Assembly: GCF_004010195.1 (NCBI RefSeq)
Contig: NC_057749.1
Location: forward strand, 7,399,416 to 7,463,415
Origin: Chiloscyllium plagiosum
Lineage: Eukaryota
Length of the DNA stretch: 64,000 nucleotides
Direction of reading: 5' to 3'
The notes under the pieces: generated by a model
The model's input: only the letters and a program-made list of their open reading frames with translations
Told to the model about the DNA's origin: nothing
Databases searched by the model: none
In this document: positions 62,050 through 64,000 of the stretch, piece after piece
Numbering within the stretch: the first letter of the stretch is position 1
Layout: the number at the start of each line of letters is the position of its first letter
Program-made: the position numbers and the translations under genes

Positions 62050-62410
62050 TGTGCAGCTTTGGAAAAGAAAATGAAGCCAGCACATTGCAAAGGATGATGG
62101 AAATTTCCCCTTCATTCTCTTCTGCAATTATGCTTGATCAACGGTGAATTTTAAATGTGAAATTAGTAGTTTTTCTTTGGTTTGGATGACCTGGGGCACA
62201 GGCTGTGAACAGAGCGGTTTTTAGATTGGCCATAAAAGGTAGAATGAGTTTGCACATGTGCTGCTGTTCCTACAATCCATTTGCCAAAAGGACAAAGGGG
62301 TTCTTGTAAAATCTCCACATGGTTTGCATAGCATGGCTTCCGAGTGGAAAAGATGCCTCAATAATGTTATCTGAAGACTGTGCCTCCTAAAAAGGTTTTC
62401 TTTTGCCCTC

Positions 62411-62606
62411 TGAAACAACTACACAGAGGCTAGTAACCCATCGCCAAGTCATCCTTTACTTAAAGATGCCTGGTACACGGGCTCTGATCAGCCAGCTCAG
62501 AGCCAGTCCTCAGAGTGAGGAGACTCTCTGTCAGCCCAGATTAACAACCCCAATCAGGGATCTGAGAATCAATGAGATCTACCTGGCTCTGGTTCCAATG
62601 ACTACA
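62411..62606 (-). mobile_element. Short solo LTR-like element
   Basis: TG...CA ends, ccctc/ccctt flanks, homologous to 43663-43889. Confidence 0.65.
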
Positions 62607-63581
62607 CCCTTTAACATTAAGGGCTCACTGGCCGAGCCTGATATTAAAATGAGGTGCAGCTATTTGACGGAAATAACTGCCAAAGTTGGCAGGAGGTCCC
62701 GGGAAGTTTCGCCCACCTTGCAGTTTGATATTGATACCATGTACGGGGAAAAAGCAGGAGATTCTTAAGATTCTCAGAGTGAGTCAGTGCAGATGCAATG
62801 GGCTGAACAGCCTGCTTCAGCACCATGCCACTCCTGTTCACTTGCTCAAGTTACTGTCCAGACCTTATCTTCAGTTTAATCCCTGCAGAGTCACCAGGCC
62901 TAATTCTCCCACTCCCCGCCAAAGGTTTTTAAGACTGTCTTAATATTTTAAGTCTAACGCAGTTTGGGGCAGCTGACGCCCATGCATAGATAGACAAATA
63001 TGCAATACTACTGAACACCACATTACACAATGATCATCAATTTAAATCTCACTTATATGTCTGTTGATTGCAGCATCTGACAGCCCTAGCTGTGATTTAT
63101 ACCGTGGAACCAAATTTTAAGCTCGCGAATATATCTCTAATAACGATTTCATGATTTTTCTGCATACCATCAGAGTGAATTATGAGTAAAACAATGGGAT
63201 AAGTCTTCAAGGCTTTCTGCATTGAATTTCTCTGCAGCTTGAGAGAAGACAAAACTGTTTTGCACCATCTAAACCTAGCAGAACAATATCGAATAAAATT
63301 ACAGTCAGAGTTCTTTTAAGGTGTCAAACACTCCATTCAGTTGAGGGATGGTAGTGTTGGAAAAAACAGAATATGTTTATCCGTCTATGACCTGTGGGAG
63401 GATCAGGCACAGTTTGATGAAGTCTTAGGCTGGCATCTACATTACCAATGCAATACTCTTGTTACAAGGCATTACACAGGATTAACAGCACAGAAACAGG
63501 CCATTCAGTCCATCTGGTCAATGATGTGCTCAGACTCCTCCTACCCGGTTTCATTTAACAGCGTCATCAAAAATGTAGGGA

Positions 63582-63770
63582 TCGGTTAGCTCAGTTGCTT
63601 GGATGACTGATTTGCTATGCAGAGGGTTTGCAACTGTGTGGGTTCGATTCTCACCCTCCTCCCCCCCCATCTGAGGTATAGTGACCCCCAGGTTAAACTA
63701 CCACCACGTGTATCTCTTTCTCTCATCAGAGAGCAGCCGATGGAATGGTTGGAGTGTGGTGGCTTTACTT
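63582..63770 (+). mobile_element. tRNA-derived SINE family C
   Basis: ggttagctcagttg (A box)...gggttcgattc (B box)...caggttaaactaccacca. Confidence 0.75.
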
Positions 63771-64000
63771 CTGCCTCTTTATTCTCTTTCCCCTCAAATT
63801 TCGCTTTAAGGTAGTCTGGACTCTGCCTCAGCCATTCCATGTTGTGATGACATACTCATTCTTGGGAACTAAAATTGCTCCTTGATTTTTTTTTAATCCA
63901 TTTGCTGGCAAGAAATATATGAACACACTTCCATAGATGGTTCGGCTGGAATTTAAATCAGTGGAGGGGAAGGTGTGCCGCTGCTCAAATGGGGAATCTG

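Noticed and set aside
1..64000. CRISPR array or prokaryotic operon/defence system
   Set aside because: No regularly spaced repeat-spacer array and no gene-dense coding; the sequence is vertebrate repeat-rich DNA.

Overview
This is repeat-rich, apparently gene-free (intronic or intergenic) vertebrate DNA, almost certainly from an elasmobranch (shark). The assignment rests on about 15 HE1-type V-SINEs and many HER1/CR1 LINE fragments that share their 3' tail. Other repeats present: L2/Crack-like LINE ends, DeuSINE (SacSINE1-like) copies, three further tRNA-derived SINE families, solo LTRs, TA-flanked Tc1/mariner-pogo MITEs and a decayed Harbinger-type Myb/SANT remnant. There are also about 18 Penelope-like (PLE) fragments, one with a GIY-YIG endonuclease remnant. 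I found no host protein-coding exon, tRNA, rRNA or CRISPR array that I can support. Nearly all listed ORFs are repeat read-throughs or chance ORFs. Two signals stand out. (1) Three PLE families carry minimal hammerhead-ribozyme motifs with covarying stems; they mostly occur as fold-back insertions whose axis sits at the ribozyme and which have long 9-17 bp target-site duplications. (2) There is a recurrent series of inverted, locally templated insertions (about 43, 60, 141 and 320 bp) plus a micro-inversion and tandem duplications; the two largest insertions landed in tRNA-like heads of the same SINE family. Coordinates of old repeats are approximate and identities were estimated by eye.
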